Of a stretch of 64,000 nucleotides of DNA, positions 38,501-51,385 are shown one piece after another. Numbering within the stretch: position 1 is the first letter of the stretch; the number at the start of each line of letters is the position of its first letter. The notes under the pieces were generated by a model. The model saw only the letters and a program-made list of their open reading frames with translations, was not told the DNA's origin and searched no databases. The stretch lies in contig NC_043000.1 of assembly GCF_006345805.1 (NCBI RefSeq), forward strand, positions 131,812,001 through 131,876,000. The letters run 5' to 3'. The position numbers were made by a program, and so were the translations under genes. Source of the stretch: Octopus sinensis (taxonomy: Eukaryota).

Positions 38501-40230
38501 GGGCGTAACAAATATCAGAAAATCAAAAAAAAAATGTGTGTAATAGGTGTAAAACAACTTCCTATGAACGAATATAAAAAAAAAAATTCGCGCACGCGAA
38601 AGGGGGGTGGGGGAGAGGCCTCGGAAAATTCACATCGGGAAGTTCCGAAAGCGTCTGAGGGGCTGACCCGGGCACCAAAACAAAAAAAAAATAGTGTAAT
38701 ATGTGTAAAACAACTTGCTCTAAACGAATATGAAAAAAAAAATGCGCTCTCGAGAAAGAGGGGTGGGGGAGAGGCCTCGGAATATTTATATCGGGAATTT
38801 CCGAAAGCGTCTGAACCGGGCACAAAAACAAAAACAAAACAGCGTAATAGGTGTAAAACAACTTGCTCTAAACGACTATCATGAAAAAAATGCGCGCTCG
38901 CGAAAGGGGGGTGGGGGAGAGGCTTCGGAAATTTCACATCTTCAGTCCACGGCCTTTAAACTAAGAAAAAATAGTGTAATTAGTGTAAAACTACTTGTTC
39001 TAAACGAGTATCAAGAACACACACTCACACATGAATCATAAACTCCGTATTTCGCAAAAAAAAAAAATAAAGAGAAGAAATTCAGGAAAAAGTGAAGAAA
39101 TGTTGGATCTCCGCCATGTGAATCAAAATACGTGTCAGAAACATCTTGAAATACTACAGAAATTATGTTACGAAAATGATAATGTATACATACCTCTTTG
39201 AGTGGTCCATCGATAATGATGATAAAGAAATGAGTTGGATTTGAACTCAGAATATTGACTAACACAACTACATACTACAAGACTCAAAATATTCAGCCAA
39301 GTCACCACCCTTTAACTAGCAATAATAATAACATCAATAACATAACAGCCAAAAGATTTATTTGTTCTGAAAATAACAATCATAGTAAATAAATATGTTC
39401 TTTAATATTCACATTCATGTGCACAGTTAAACACACTTACATACAAACAGTCACGCATGCATAATACAGAACGGAACACATAAATGAAGGATGCATTACT
39501 TAGTATATATTACATCTAGAGAATTTTGATTAATAAGTCAAATATGCAAATTATAAAGATAATTAATTGCTTTACTAAACAGTGTTGTAAAGGTGAAAAA
39601 ATAAATTTGGGAAAAAAATACACGCCAAAACTAATTAATAAAGGATAATTAGGGAAGGATTGACACAAAATAATAATTTTTTCTGATAAATGCATCTTAA
39701 TAAGTGAGAAGAATTGCATATATCTGAACTATTTCAAAGAAAAGCATAAATTTAATGTTTAAAATAGCTTTAACCAAGGAATGAGATCCAACATTTCTTC
39801 ACTTTTTCCAGAATTTCTTCTCTTTATTTTTTTTTTTGCGAAATACGGAGTTTATGATTCATGTGTGAGTGTGTGTTCTTGATACTCGTTTAGAACAAGT
39901 AGTTTTACACTAATTACACTATTTTTTCTTAGTTTAAAGGCCGTGGACTGAAGATGTGAAATTTCCGAAGCCTCTCCCCCCCCTCCTTTCGCGAGCGCGC
40001 ATTTTTTTCATGATAGTCGTTTAGAGCAAGTTGTTTTACACCTATTACGCTGTTTTTGTTTTTGTGCCCGGTTCAGACGCTTTCGGAAATTCCAGATATA
40101 AATATTCCGAGGCCTCTCCCCCACCCCCCTTTCGCGTGCGCGAATTTTTTTTTTCATATTCGTTCATAGGAAGTTGTTTTACACCTATTACACACATTTT
40201 TTTTTTGATTTTCTGATATTTGTTACGCCC
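38501..40230. mobile_element. Foldback-type non-autonomous DNA element with long TIRs made of ~150-bp subrepeats
   Basis: Arms 38501-39111 and 39783-40230; termini GGGCGTAACA/TGTTACGCCC in TA-rich flanks. Confidence 0.8.
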
Positions 40231-40254
40231 TATATTAACCTATATATATAGTAT

Positions 40255-41915
40255 ATATATATACATACGTGTATATTCATGCAAACTGCCGCATACAGAC
40301 ACATGCACAGCAACAAAAAGAAACAGCTCCAATAATGGACATGGTCAAGAACCAGTGAAGAGGATGCAAGAAATAAGGAATATATTAGAACGGTCCTCAA
40401 AAGTAAACCCCCGAATTGTTTTCCCCCAAAATTCCTACCTTCTCGGAATCTATATCGTCCGAGGTATATTTGTAGGAAATTTCATTTAAAAATATAACAT
40501 CTATTTTCTTGAAAGTTAAGAAGAATTGAAGTTGACGCCGCGGAATTTCCCGAAACTCCTCACACCAAAAGCACTTTCCTACAAAAGTTTTGTATATTCG
40601 GAATCTACATACTATAACAAATATTCATAGAATATTTAATTAAAGTTACGATCATCCAAAGTGGTGGGACATGAATCTGTAGTTATGCCCGTTCTCCGTT
40701 CGTTTTTACTCGTTAATCACATTTTCTTCTCATTTTACAAATAAATTTCCTCTATATCACATCTAACAGCCGATAATAGGTTTTCAGAAACAACAAACCA
40801 ACATTTCAGTTTGGAAGTTATTATTTAAGACGAGGAAATATATTTTCCTAAAGTTTTTATGTTTTCGCTTCGAAATAATTACTGTGACACCGAGAAGTTC
40901 ACAGAATTCTATTAATTACATTGTTATTAGTAGTATTATTATCATCATTGTCAACTTACCGTATTCAGACAAAACTGCAAATCACAGACCGATAACTAAT
41001 TAGTCTAATTAATAATAATGATGTTAATTTCGCTGCTTAGTTGGTATGAACTCCTCAGAGTCTGCTCATACACGTCCGTTCGCAAGTGCTGCGGGGGCAG
41101 AAAAAGATGAAAGAGCGATCTGCAGTTTTAGGGGTCAGTTTCCCGCACATGCGCATGTGGAAGTAATCGGAAGTAATCCCATTCTGCGCACGTGCGCTGA
41201 ACCTTACACAGCAGCCTCACTACAGATGTGATGAGAAAGGTGGGTGTCAGTAACCCAGCTTAATCATCGAAGTAAGGATAAAATAGTTGCTGGGCTTTAT
41301 AGGATGCCGGGTTCAAATCTTGAACCTGCTATTCTGATCCCTAGTTATATTAAAAAAAAAAAAAAATTACAAACAAACACACAAAAGTTGTCGTTTTTAA
41401 GGCAAATTATTCGTTTATTTCTAATTATAATTAAATATTTCCTCGTCTTAATTAATAACTTCCTAACTGAAATGTTGGTTTGTTGTTTCTGAAAACCTAT
41501 TATCGGCTGTTAGATGTGACATAGAGGAAATTTATTTTTAAAATGAGAAGAAAGCGTTGTGATTAACGAGTAAAAACGAACGGAGAACCGGCATATCTAC
41601 AGATTCATGCCCCACCGCTTTGGATGATCGTAACTTTAATTAAATATTCTACGAATATTTGTTATAGTATGTAGATTCCGAATATACAAAACTTTTGTAG
41701 GAAAGTGCTTTTGGTGTGATGAGTTTCGGGAAATTCAGCGGCGACAACTTTAATTCTTCTTAACTTTCAAGAAAATAGATGTTATATTTTTAAATGAAAT
41801 TTTCTACAAATATACCTCGGACGATATAGATTCCGAGAAGGTAGGAATTTTGTGGGAAAACAATTCGGGGGTTACTTTTGAGGACCGTTCCTTTATTTAT
41901 TTTCTAAAATATTCC
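40255..41915. repeat. Two block X copies in opposite orientation (40255-41030 +, 41450-41915 -) around a promoter-like segment
   Basis: Direct homology. Confidence 0.75.
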
Positions 41916-42778
41916 TTAAGTCGCTGTAGGATCGACTACCTACGACTGGCTAGCGCGAGTGCGCGCACCGGGTCCAATCTCCAAGACTAGTACCCAAAAT
42001 CCCACCACATGTGATTATTAGTATTATTTCAATTATAATTATTATCATTAATTAGTTAAGTTGTCTTCCTCTCTCTTCCCCTCTTATATTTGTTTAGACA
42101 CACCCTGCTAACTCACTGGGATAATTTTTTTAGTCCCTCGCCTTTCTCTCTCACAAATTCTAGATCCATCTCTCTAACCAAAGTAAAACAGGTCATTTGT
42201 TTGACATGACATTTCTCTCTCTCTCTCTCTCTCTGTCTTTCTCTTTCATTTCACTTGTGGCAATTTTGCTCTGCGAAATTCTGGATGGCATCAACTCACT
42301 ACTCTGGTCGTGTTATGATCACTATATTTTCGTTTTGGCTAGCTCCATTCCCATTAGCTTCTAACACCTTCCAACTCAATCTACTTATGCAAGCATGGAC
42401 AGTAAATGCATGACAATGGTAGTGATATAAAATCTGCAATGTTGAATTACTTATGTTGGTCAACTATCCAGTTTTATCTAACTGCTTCTTTTCCTATTTC
42501 AGAATATCACAACATGTTGACATGAAGGAAATCTCTCCATTCAGAAGTGTCTTTGATATACACATCACCTAAAGGAAGACTGCATATTTATAAGGAGCAT
42601 TCATGAATAAGTCTGCCTCTGTATATAAATACAGTCTATAACAAAGAACAGCGAAATATTTTTCTTTCTGTAGAATGTATGGAAGAAACTTTGCATTAAA
42701 TTATTATCTGAATGAAGTGACACAAGTGAACAGAAATATATTCATGGAAATGAAAAGCACTTTATCATTGTGAAGTGT

Positions 42779-43489
42779 ATGATAAGTAATTCTCTCATAA
42801 TGAATAATTTAACTGAATCAGAAAACCTTGATAAAGAGGAAAAGCCATATCACTGTAATATCTGTGGAAAATCATTTTCTTACAGTAGTGACATTGTTAG
42901 ACACAAACTTACACATATGGGAGAGAAGCCATATCATTGTGAGATCTGTGGTAAATCATTCTCTCGAAATAGTAATTTGGTTACTCACAATCGCATTCAT
43001 ACTGGTGAGAAACCTTATCATTGTGATATCTGTGCTAAATCATTCTCTCAAAGCTCTCAGTTGACTAATCACAAGCCTAGACATAGTGGTGAGAAACCTC
43101 ATCATTGTGATATCTGTGGTAAATCATTCTGTCTAAATAGTCACTTGACTAGGCACAGAAGTATTCATACAGGGGAGAGACCATATTGTGACATCTATGG
43201 TAAATCATTCTCTCAAAGCTCTCACTTGACTAATCACAAACGTATTCATACAGGAGAGAGGCCATATCATTGTGATATCTGTGGTAAATCATTCTCTCGT
43301 AATAGTCATTTGGTTGCTCACAATCGCATTCATACAGGAGAGAAACCATATCATTGTGATATTTGTAGTAAATCATTCTCTGAAAATAGTGTAGAAGGGT
43401 TGACATTAGGAAATGCATTCTACCTTAAACCTGTCAACTGGCATAAAGTGACATTCCTTCAATACTACCTTCCTCCCTGCCAGTTTTGA
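42779..43489 (+). pseudogene. 3'-truncated ZNF gene (6 fingers, one of them degenerate; 7th cut at ~43388, then reads into repeat)
   Basis: ORF track; CDICSKSFSENS is joined to non-finger sequence homologous to 55580-55990. Confidence 0.75.
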
Positions 43490-43800
43490 GCTATTTTGTC
43501 TTGCAAGGTCCTTGGGGACCCTGTCGGTTTTGTTGTCACATACAATTAACTGGTGAGGGTGCCTGGAAAAAGGCAATTGTGCTAATGCTGGGCCCATATC
43601 AAAAGCACTGGTGATAATGATGGGACACAAAAAGGAGCATTGATGGTGGTGTCACATTAGAAGCATATTTGATGGTGACACGTAAAATGCACGGCTAATG
43701 GGCTCATATTATAAGCACAGGTACTAGTGCGAACTCAGCAGCACTGGTGATGGTGTCCTATAAAAACGATGCACCCAGTGCTCTCTGTAAAAGGGTTGAC

Positions 43801-44215
43801 ATAGGCGCAGGAGTGGCTGTGTGGTAAGTAGCTTGCTTACCAACCACACAGTTCCGGATTCAGTCCCCCTGCGTGGCACCTTGGGTAAGTGTCTTCTACT
43901 ATAGCGTCGGGCCGACCAAAGCCTTGTGAGTGGATTTGGTAGACGGAAACTGAAAGAAGCCTGTCGTATATATGTATATATATACATGTATATATATACA
44001 TATATATATACATATGTGTATCTGTGTTTGTCCCCCTAGCGTTGCTTGACAACTGAAGCTGGTGTGTTTACATCCCTGTATCTTAGCGGTTTGGCAAAAG
44101 AGACTGATAAAATAAGTGCTAGGCTTACAAAGAATTAGTCCCGGAGTTGATTTGCTCGACTAAAGGCAGTGCTCCAGCATGGCCACAGTCACATGACTGA
44201 AACAAGTAAAAGAGT
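43801..44215 (+). mobile_element. tRNA-derived SINE
   Basis: Same family as 31612-31977. Confidence 0.85.
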
Positions 44216-44473
44216 ATGTCTTACAGTGACGACATTGAAGTTGATGATGATGAAATAGATATAGGAAATAACATATTCTACAGTGAAGATAATGAAATTG
44301 AGGCCGTCAGTGGGCAATTTGAGACGAAAATCCCTATAAATTACACCAATAATCATTTGCATGATTCCTGTATCAGGGGACCAGTATTTTGTAACAGAAT
44401 ATGAGTAAATTTTCTTAAAATGACCAGGTTAAAATTAAAAAAAAAAGAATTGAAAGTGAAATCTCTATGTGTA

Positions 44474-45151
44474 TGTAGCGTGGCAATTTCAGCCTTTTTT
44501 GGAATATGACCATAGCGATTGTTAATATCTTGACTGTGTGAAGGGCAAGGCAGAAATGATATCGTTTGAGGTTACAACCATCTTTGGTCAACTTGTTCTT
44601 GTTCTAAACACTAACTTGATTGGCTGACAGGTGACACGAGTGGTCTCTACGTGTTTTGCGCCACTGTTTGACATGTGACACGAGGGTCCCTACGAAGTCC
44701 GCGCCACTGATGGACATGTGACGCGAATTGTCTCAACTTATTTCACGCCACTGTTTGACATGTGACACGAGGGTCCCTACGAAGTCCGCTCCACTGATGG
44801 ACACGTGACGCGAATTGTCTCGACTTATTTCACGCCATAATTGCGAGTCAGCCAATCAAGACTTTTGGTTAAAATTCCATTTTCTGGAGTTCGGTGAGCC
44901 AATCGAACAGTATATAAAACAGGGTTTCACAGACACTTAGGTCTTGGGTTCCAGTTCTTTTAAGAACTAACTTAGGCCTCTGCTGCTCAACTTAGAGATA
45001 TGCGATTGTCTCTGCTACTACCTGTTGCTACGCTAATCTATACAAACATTGAAAGCCTCTCGAGTAGATTCCAGCATCTTGCCCTATGAACAGTAAACTA
45101 AATGCCATTCTTAATTCTATGTTCAGTACCTTTGGGTATGCTTCACGCCAC
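44474..45151 (+). mobile_element. Possible solo LTR (TGTAGCGTG start, ~44-bp tandem repeats, CCAAT, TATA at ~44911)
   Basis: U3-like layout; 3' end CACGCCAC is an imperfect inverse of the start; no TSD found. Confidence 0.4.
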
Positions 45152-45369
45152 CCGAACACACAGACACAAAACATGCTAATGCTTACCAACTCTTAGAATC
45201 CACATGATTGTAAAATATGTAAAATAAATAATATTTATCTACCAACAGAAGACTTGTGTCAATTCACTTATGTTCTATTATCGTTTGTATGTATTTTATG
45301 GCTTTGAAGAATTCGTTAAGAGTAGAACCGCGTGCAATCGTATTTCCTACACGATACGACTAAGCGTGA

Positions 45370-45760
45370 TCCTATTTCTTACATATATAAAGCTGAAGTT
45401 GTCTGTGCGTGGCAGGTTTTGTAGCCTTCAACTAACACTATCTCCTCCGAGACCCTGTGGCGCAAGTTGACCAAAATTGAGAGTATGATAGAAGAAGGCT
45501 TGCTCTTCCTTCCATAGGAGTTAAAATTCAAATCGGACCATGTTAACACCAAAATTATTTACATAAAAAAGGTGCTTTTTTTTCTATGAAAATCCTTATT
45601 TTTTACGAGTTTTTTACTGCTGTGTCACCATTTTCCGGTGTATTTCAGCCAGAAAAATGTTCACATAAAGAGAATAACAAGCTACATAATGCAACATTGT
45701 TACTTTTCAAAAATTCTAAAGGGTCGAAACAAACCCGAGAAACTCCGGGCGATACTGCTA

Positions 45761-45796
<36 letters not shown>

Positions 45797-46551
45797 CTGA
45801 AGTTGTCTGTCTATGGCAGGTTTGGTAGCCTACAACTAACACTATCTCCTCCGAGACCTTGCGGCGCAAGTTGACCAAAATTGAGAGTTTGATAGAAGGC
45901 TTGCTCTTCATTCTGTAGTAGAAAAGATTCAAATCGGACCATGTTACACCAAAAATTATTTACATCAAAAGGTGCTTTTTTTCTATGAAAATACCTATTT
46001 TTTATGATTTTTTGACTGCTGTGTCGTCATCTTTTGGTGTATTTCAATCAGAAAAATGTTCACTTAAAGAGAATAACAAGCTACATAATGCAACATTTTT
46101 ACTTTTCAAAAATTCCAATTCCAAAGGGTCGAAACAAACCCGAGCAACGCCAGGCGATACTGCTAGTATATATATAAAGCCTAAGTTGTCTATGTGTGGC
46201 AGGTTTTGTAGCCTTCAACTAACACTATCTCCTCCGAGACCCTGCAGCGCAAGTTGACCAAAATTGAGAGTATGATAGAAGAAGGCTTGCTCTTCATTCC
46301 GTAGAAGAAAAAATTCAAATCGGACCATGTTACACCAAAAATTATTTACATCAAAAGGTGCTTTTTTCTATGAAAATCCCTATTTTTTATGATTTTTTGA
46401 CTGCTGTGTCGCCACTTTTCGGTGTATTTCAACCAGAAAAATGTTCACTTAAAGAGAATAACAGGCTACATAATGCCAAATTTTTACTTTTCAAAAATTC
46501 CAATTCTAAAGGGTCGAAAAGAACCCGAGCAACGTCGGGTTTCACTGCTGG
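45370..46551 (+). mobile_element. Three head-to-tail non-autonomous Helitrons (45370-45761, 45762-46166, 46167-46551)
   Basis: A/TC start; CCCGAGCAACG..CGGG-type subterminal hairpin; CTAG, CTAG and CTGG ends, each followed by T. Confidence 0.8.
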
Positions 46552-48016
46552 TAGTTAATATAAGGGAACAGACAAAAATGCTGGAACGAATCTATCCAAT
46601 GAGTAGAGACACCTAGTGGAGAATTCAAGAAATACAATCATATAAAGGGAAATAACCTCTACACTATATCAACCAAGCTCCAATTATTAATTAATGTGCT
46701 TAATTAGCGATCGCTGACTCGCAGTTTGGATCTCAACAGGGTAAGTTGACGAAGATTTACTTTAAGGCTTTGATGTTGATAATAATACTAATAATAATAT
46801 TGTAAATCATAGAATTCTGTGAATCTTTCGATGTTACAGTAATTATTTCGAAGCGAAAACATAAAAATATAAGGAAAATATATTATTTCGTCTTAAATAA
46901 TATTTTCTTCTCTAGATACAAAACCTGAAATTTGAGGGAGGTCAATAGTCGATTACATCGGCACCAATATTTGACTGGTACTTAATTTTTCAACCCAGAA
47001 TGAATAAAAGGTTAAAGTCAGCCTCGACGGAATTTGAACTCAGAACGTACCTCGTCTTAATTAATAACTTCCAAACTGAAATGTTGATTTGTTGTTTCTG
47101 AAAACCTATGATCGGATGTTACATGTGATATAGAGGAAATTTATTTGTAAAATGAGAGGAAAATCGTATGGTATAAGCCATAGCCACCCATAATAAAAAG
47201 GAATACGGGTGGGGTACTAGTCGCGTAGACTGGATCCGGTGCGCGCATCCGCGCTAGCTAGTCGTAGGTAGTCGATCCTACTGCGACTTGCGTATGCAAA
47301 ATATTTTTTTTGTTCAAAGTAGACCACTACAGGCGACGATTCACTTGTGTTTACTTTGAATAGCTACGGCAAACTTCGTTAACCATTCAGCTATGCTCGT
47401 TCCCTTTCAACTGGAATTTAAGCCCTGACCAACCCTAAATTATTAGACATTTTGGTCGTGGCCATCCCACTTTGTTGTAAATCCAATACTGCATTGTTCA
47501 GTTTGACTTTAAAAAAAAATTCGGCTGCTATTTCTAACAGCTCGGTGGAAGATATCTTTTGACCGAAGTTGTACAAGGTCTGTGTTTGCTCCTTGTTTTC
47601 AGTTTCTCCAAAGACCCAACTGAACTCTCGTCTTTAACTTCAGCTAAACAGTTCCCAGTCCCAACACTGCCCTGGTCATGCAGACCTGATCAAAGGAGTT
47701 AATTTTTAACCAGACGTAAAGTAACCCTTTACTTCATAGAAATGTTTTATTTGTACGTGGGGGAAATTTGGTTACTATAAGTTTACATTGAAGAGACTTG
47801 GTCGTTGACAGGAGCCTCATAAGTTAACGCAGTGAACCATTTCATACGAGGCAATTAGTGTTATCTTCGTCTGTGATCTGTCACTGCACTACCCTTCCTC
47901 TATCTGCCTGGCAATTAAATTCTGACCCCACGTTGTTGGCTTGTCATCTGGAACCGATTTTCCTGTTGAAGCCTACAGTAAAATTACCTTGTTGGGGAGG
48001 GGTTAAGCCAATTTAA

Positions 48017-48788
48017 TAATAATAATAATAATAATAATTGTGTACAGTGCTCAGGTGCACTACAACTCATCTAAAGTGTATAATCAGGTGTAGTTTCGGC
48101 GGATTTCGGAAAGCATGAGGGCCTTAAAGGATGCAGTGTCATGGCAGTCAACAACTGACGCAGGCAGTTTATTCCATGCTTCAGCAACTCTGAGCGTGAA
48201 AAAATGTTTCTGAAAGTCATGGGAGCTGTGTTGTTTTCTGACTTTGTAGGCATGTCCACGTGTGTTAGACACATGAAGATCAAAAAGGTGTTCAGTGTTG
48301 TTGTTGGTGAGGTGGTTGATAACTTTGTTGGTGTTTACCAAGTCCGTCTCCAGACGCCGGAGCTTCAGTGAATCCATGCCCAGGGAAACAAGGCGCTCAG
48401 AATATGGTAGGTGTCTGATGGAGGGTATGCGTTTGTTGCACGTCTCTGGACAGATTCCAGGAGGTCAATGTTCTGAGCAAGATAGGGGTTCCAAACTGAT
48501 GATGCGAATTCCAAGTGTGGTCGTACCATAGCTGTATACAGTTTTAAATAGATGGCTGGAGAGCGGCTAACAAAAGTCTTGCTGAGTGATGCCAAGACAC
48601 CCTCGGCCTTCTTGACAATTTTAGAGATATGCTTTGTCCAACGCAAATCACTGCTGACAGTGATGCCTAGGTCACGCTCGCAAGGGGATTTCTTGATATC
48701 AGTGTTGTGGAGGGAGTATGTGGACGCAGGGTTTTTTCTCCCAAAATGCATGGTGGTACACTTGTCCACAGCCAGTTTCAGTTGCCAG
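48017..48788 (-). mobile_element. 5'-truncated young CR1 copy with (TTA)n tail
   Basis: Highly similar to 10617-11400. Confidence 0.9.
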
Positions 48789-49054
48789 CCTGAAACTTGC
48801 TGCAGTTTGTCGCCTGTAGTGGTCTATTTGAAAAAAAAATGTTTTTCAATGCTTCTAATTGTTTTGTAACGAAAAAACAAAACGCAATTGTCTTTAAAAT
48901 AATATATCGTTGAAAAATATTTCCTAAGCTTCAGTAGTTTTTGCAATGTTGCGCCAATCAGATCATTTGCATACGCAAGTCGCTGTAGGATCGACTGCCT
49001 ACGACTGGCTAGCGCGGATGTGCGCACCGGGTCCAGTCTACGCGACTAGCACCT

Positions 49055-49457
49055 ACTATATGTATATATATATGAAATATATATATACATATATATGAAT
49101 ATATATGTATATATATATACATATATATGTATATATATATGAAATATATATACATATATATATATATGAAGTATATATATACATACTATATATATATATA
49201 TATAATACATATATATATATATATGAAATATATATATACATACTATATATATATATATATACATATATATACTATATATATATATAGTACATATATATGT
49301 ACTATATATATATAGTATATATATATATATATATATATATAGTATGTATATATATATGTATATAGTATATATATATATGTATATATATATATACATATAC
49401 TATATATATATATATATATATATATACAATTATATATATATAGTATATATATATATC
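49055..49457. repeat. Degenerate (TA)n microsatellite
   Basis: Direct reading. Confidence 0.9.
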
Positions 49458-49459
49458 TC

Positions 49460-49875
49460 TTTTACTCTTTACTCTTTTACTTGTTCAGTCATTTGACTGT
49501 GGCCATGCTGGAGCACCACCTTTAGTCAAGCAAATCGACCCCGGGACTTATTCTTTGTAAGCCCAGTACCTATTCTATCGGTCTCTTTTGCCGAACCGCT
49601 AAGTTACGGGGGACTTAAACACACCAGCATCGGTTATCAAGCAATACTGGGGGGACAAACACAGACACACAAACATATACACACATACTTATATATATAT
49701 ATATACATATATACGACAGGCTTCTTTCAGTTTCCGTCTACCAAATCCACTCACAAGGCATTGGTCGGCCCGGGGCTATAGCAGAAGACACTTGCCCAAG
49801 ATGCCATGCAGTGGGACTGAACCGGAAACCATGTGGTTGGTTAGCAAGCTACTTACCACACAGCCACTCTTGCGC
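49460..49875 (-). mobile_element. tRNA-derived SINE
   Basis: Same family. Confidence 0.85.
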
Positions 49876-50160
49876 ATACTATATATATTTACATAAACGA
49901 TTATGATGATGATGATGATGAATGTATATATATATATATATCAGTGCTTTTCAAACTTTTTGCTGGAGTGGAACCCCAAGGAAACATTCCACTGGCTCAA
50001 GGAACCCCTGTGCAATAATTTAATATGTCTTATTTAATGTGTCTTATTCACACGTATCGGCACAGGAGAATTAAAAATCACTGCCAATTTTAGCAGTTTT
50101 GTAACTTCTTGCGGAACCCTGGTTGAAAACCACTTATGTATATATATATATTTACATATA

Positions 50161-50197
<37 letters not shown>

Positions 50198-50235
50198 TGT
50201 GTATAGCGAGAAAGAAGCAACAAGAATGGATAGGT

Positions 50236-50325
50236 TTTTAGTACGATCGTTTCATACAAGGACAGGTTTTATAAAAGTTGCAAAGATTACAGCATATAAA
50301 CGAGTCCCGTACTCATCAGCTAAAA
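50236..50325 (-). ncRNA. Hammerhead ribozyme, mirror copy
   Basis: Reverse complement of 51295-51385. Confidence 0.75.
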
Positions 50326-51294
50326 TACATGTGAGTTCTCTAGACATCCTAGTGTTTGAGGCTATACTCATGAAGTAATGTAGATAATTAATTAACATAA
50401 ACAGATTTCTAAAGTTCATTAAAGTTCTTTAAAGATGATGTACAGTCTTATCACAGAATTTTAAAAGTTTTGATAGCATCAGAGAAGGTGACCTAATCCA
50501 TATGAATTTCCATAGATATGATGAGGGATTATATACTCACAGAAGACAAATTTATCCATTGTTAATTACAACGAGGTGGGTCTCAATTCCTGCTTATTAG
50601 CATTACAGAGAGGGTGAATTACTCCTTTGTATAGATGCACAAATTCCAATGGTGTAGATGTAAATTTCCAGAGAAATGAGATGAATTTCATATTCACAGG
50701 CGATAAATTTTTCAATGGTTGAACACAATGAGGTAGGTATCAATCCTTGTTATATGATTAGGTATTTGCCATATTAATCACATTACTGCTATTCACAAGA
50801 GGCTGTAGCTACAGCCTCTTGTGAATAGCAGTAATGTGATTAATATGGCAAATACCTAATCATATAACAAGGATTGATACCTACCTCATTGTGTTCAACC
50901 ATTGAAAAATTTATCGCCTGTGAATATGAAATTCATCTCCATTTCTCTGGAATTTACATCTACACCATTGGAATTTGTGCATCTATACAAAGGAGTAATT
51001 CACCCTCTCTGTAATGCTAATAAGCAGGAATTGAGACCCACCTCGTTGTAATTAACAATGGATAAATTTGTCTTCTGTGAGTATATAATCCCTCATCATA
51101 TCTATGGAAATTCATATGGATTAGGTCACCTTCTCTGTGATGCTATCAAAACTTTTTAAAATTCTGTGATAAGACTGTACATCATCTTTAAAGAACTTTA
51201 ATGAACTTTAGAAATCTGTTTATGTTAATTAATTATCTACATTACTTCATGAGTATAGCCTCAAACACTAGGATGTCTAGAGAACTCACATGTA

Positions 51295-51385
51295 TTTTAG
51301 CTGATGAGTACGGGACTCGTTTATATGCTGTAATCTTTGCAACTTTTAATAAAACCTGTCCTTGTATGAAACGATCGTACTAAAA
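51295..51385 (+). ncRNA. Minimal type I hammerhead ribozyme, predicted cleavage after GUA at 51379
   Basis: TTTTAG-CTGATGA (51301-51307)...GAAA (51368-51371)-C-GATC-G-TA-CTAAAA; stem II GTACGGGAC/GTCCTTGTAT. Confidence 0.78.

Noticed and set aside
44630-44840. Regularly spaced repeats as a CRISPR array
   Set aside because: Eukaryotic context; the whole units are repeated, with no unique spacers and no cas genes.
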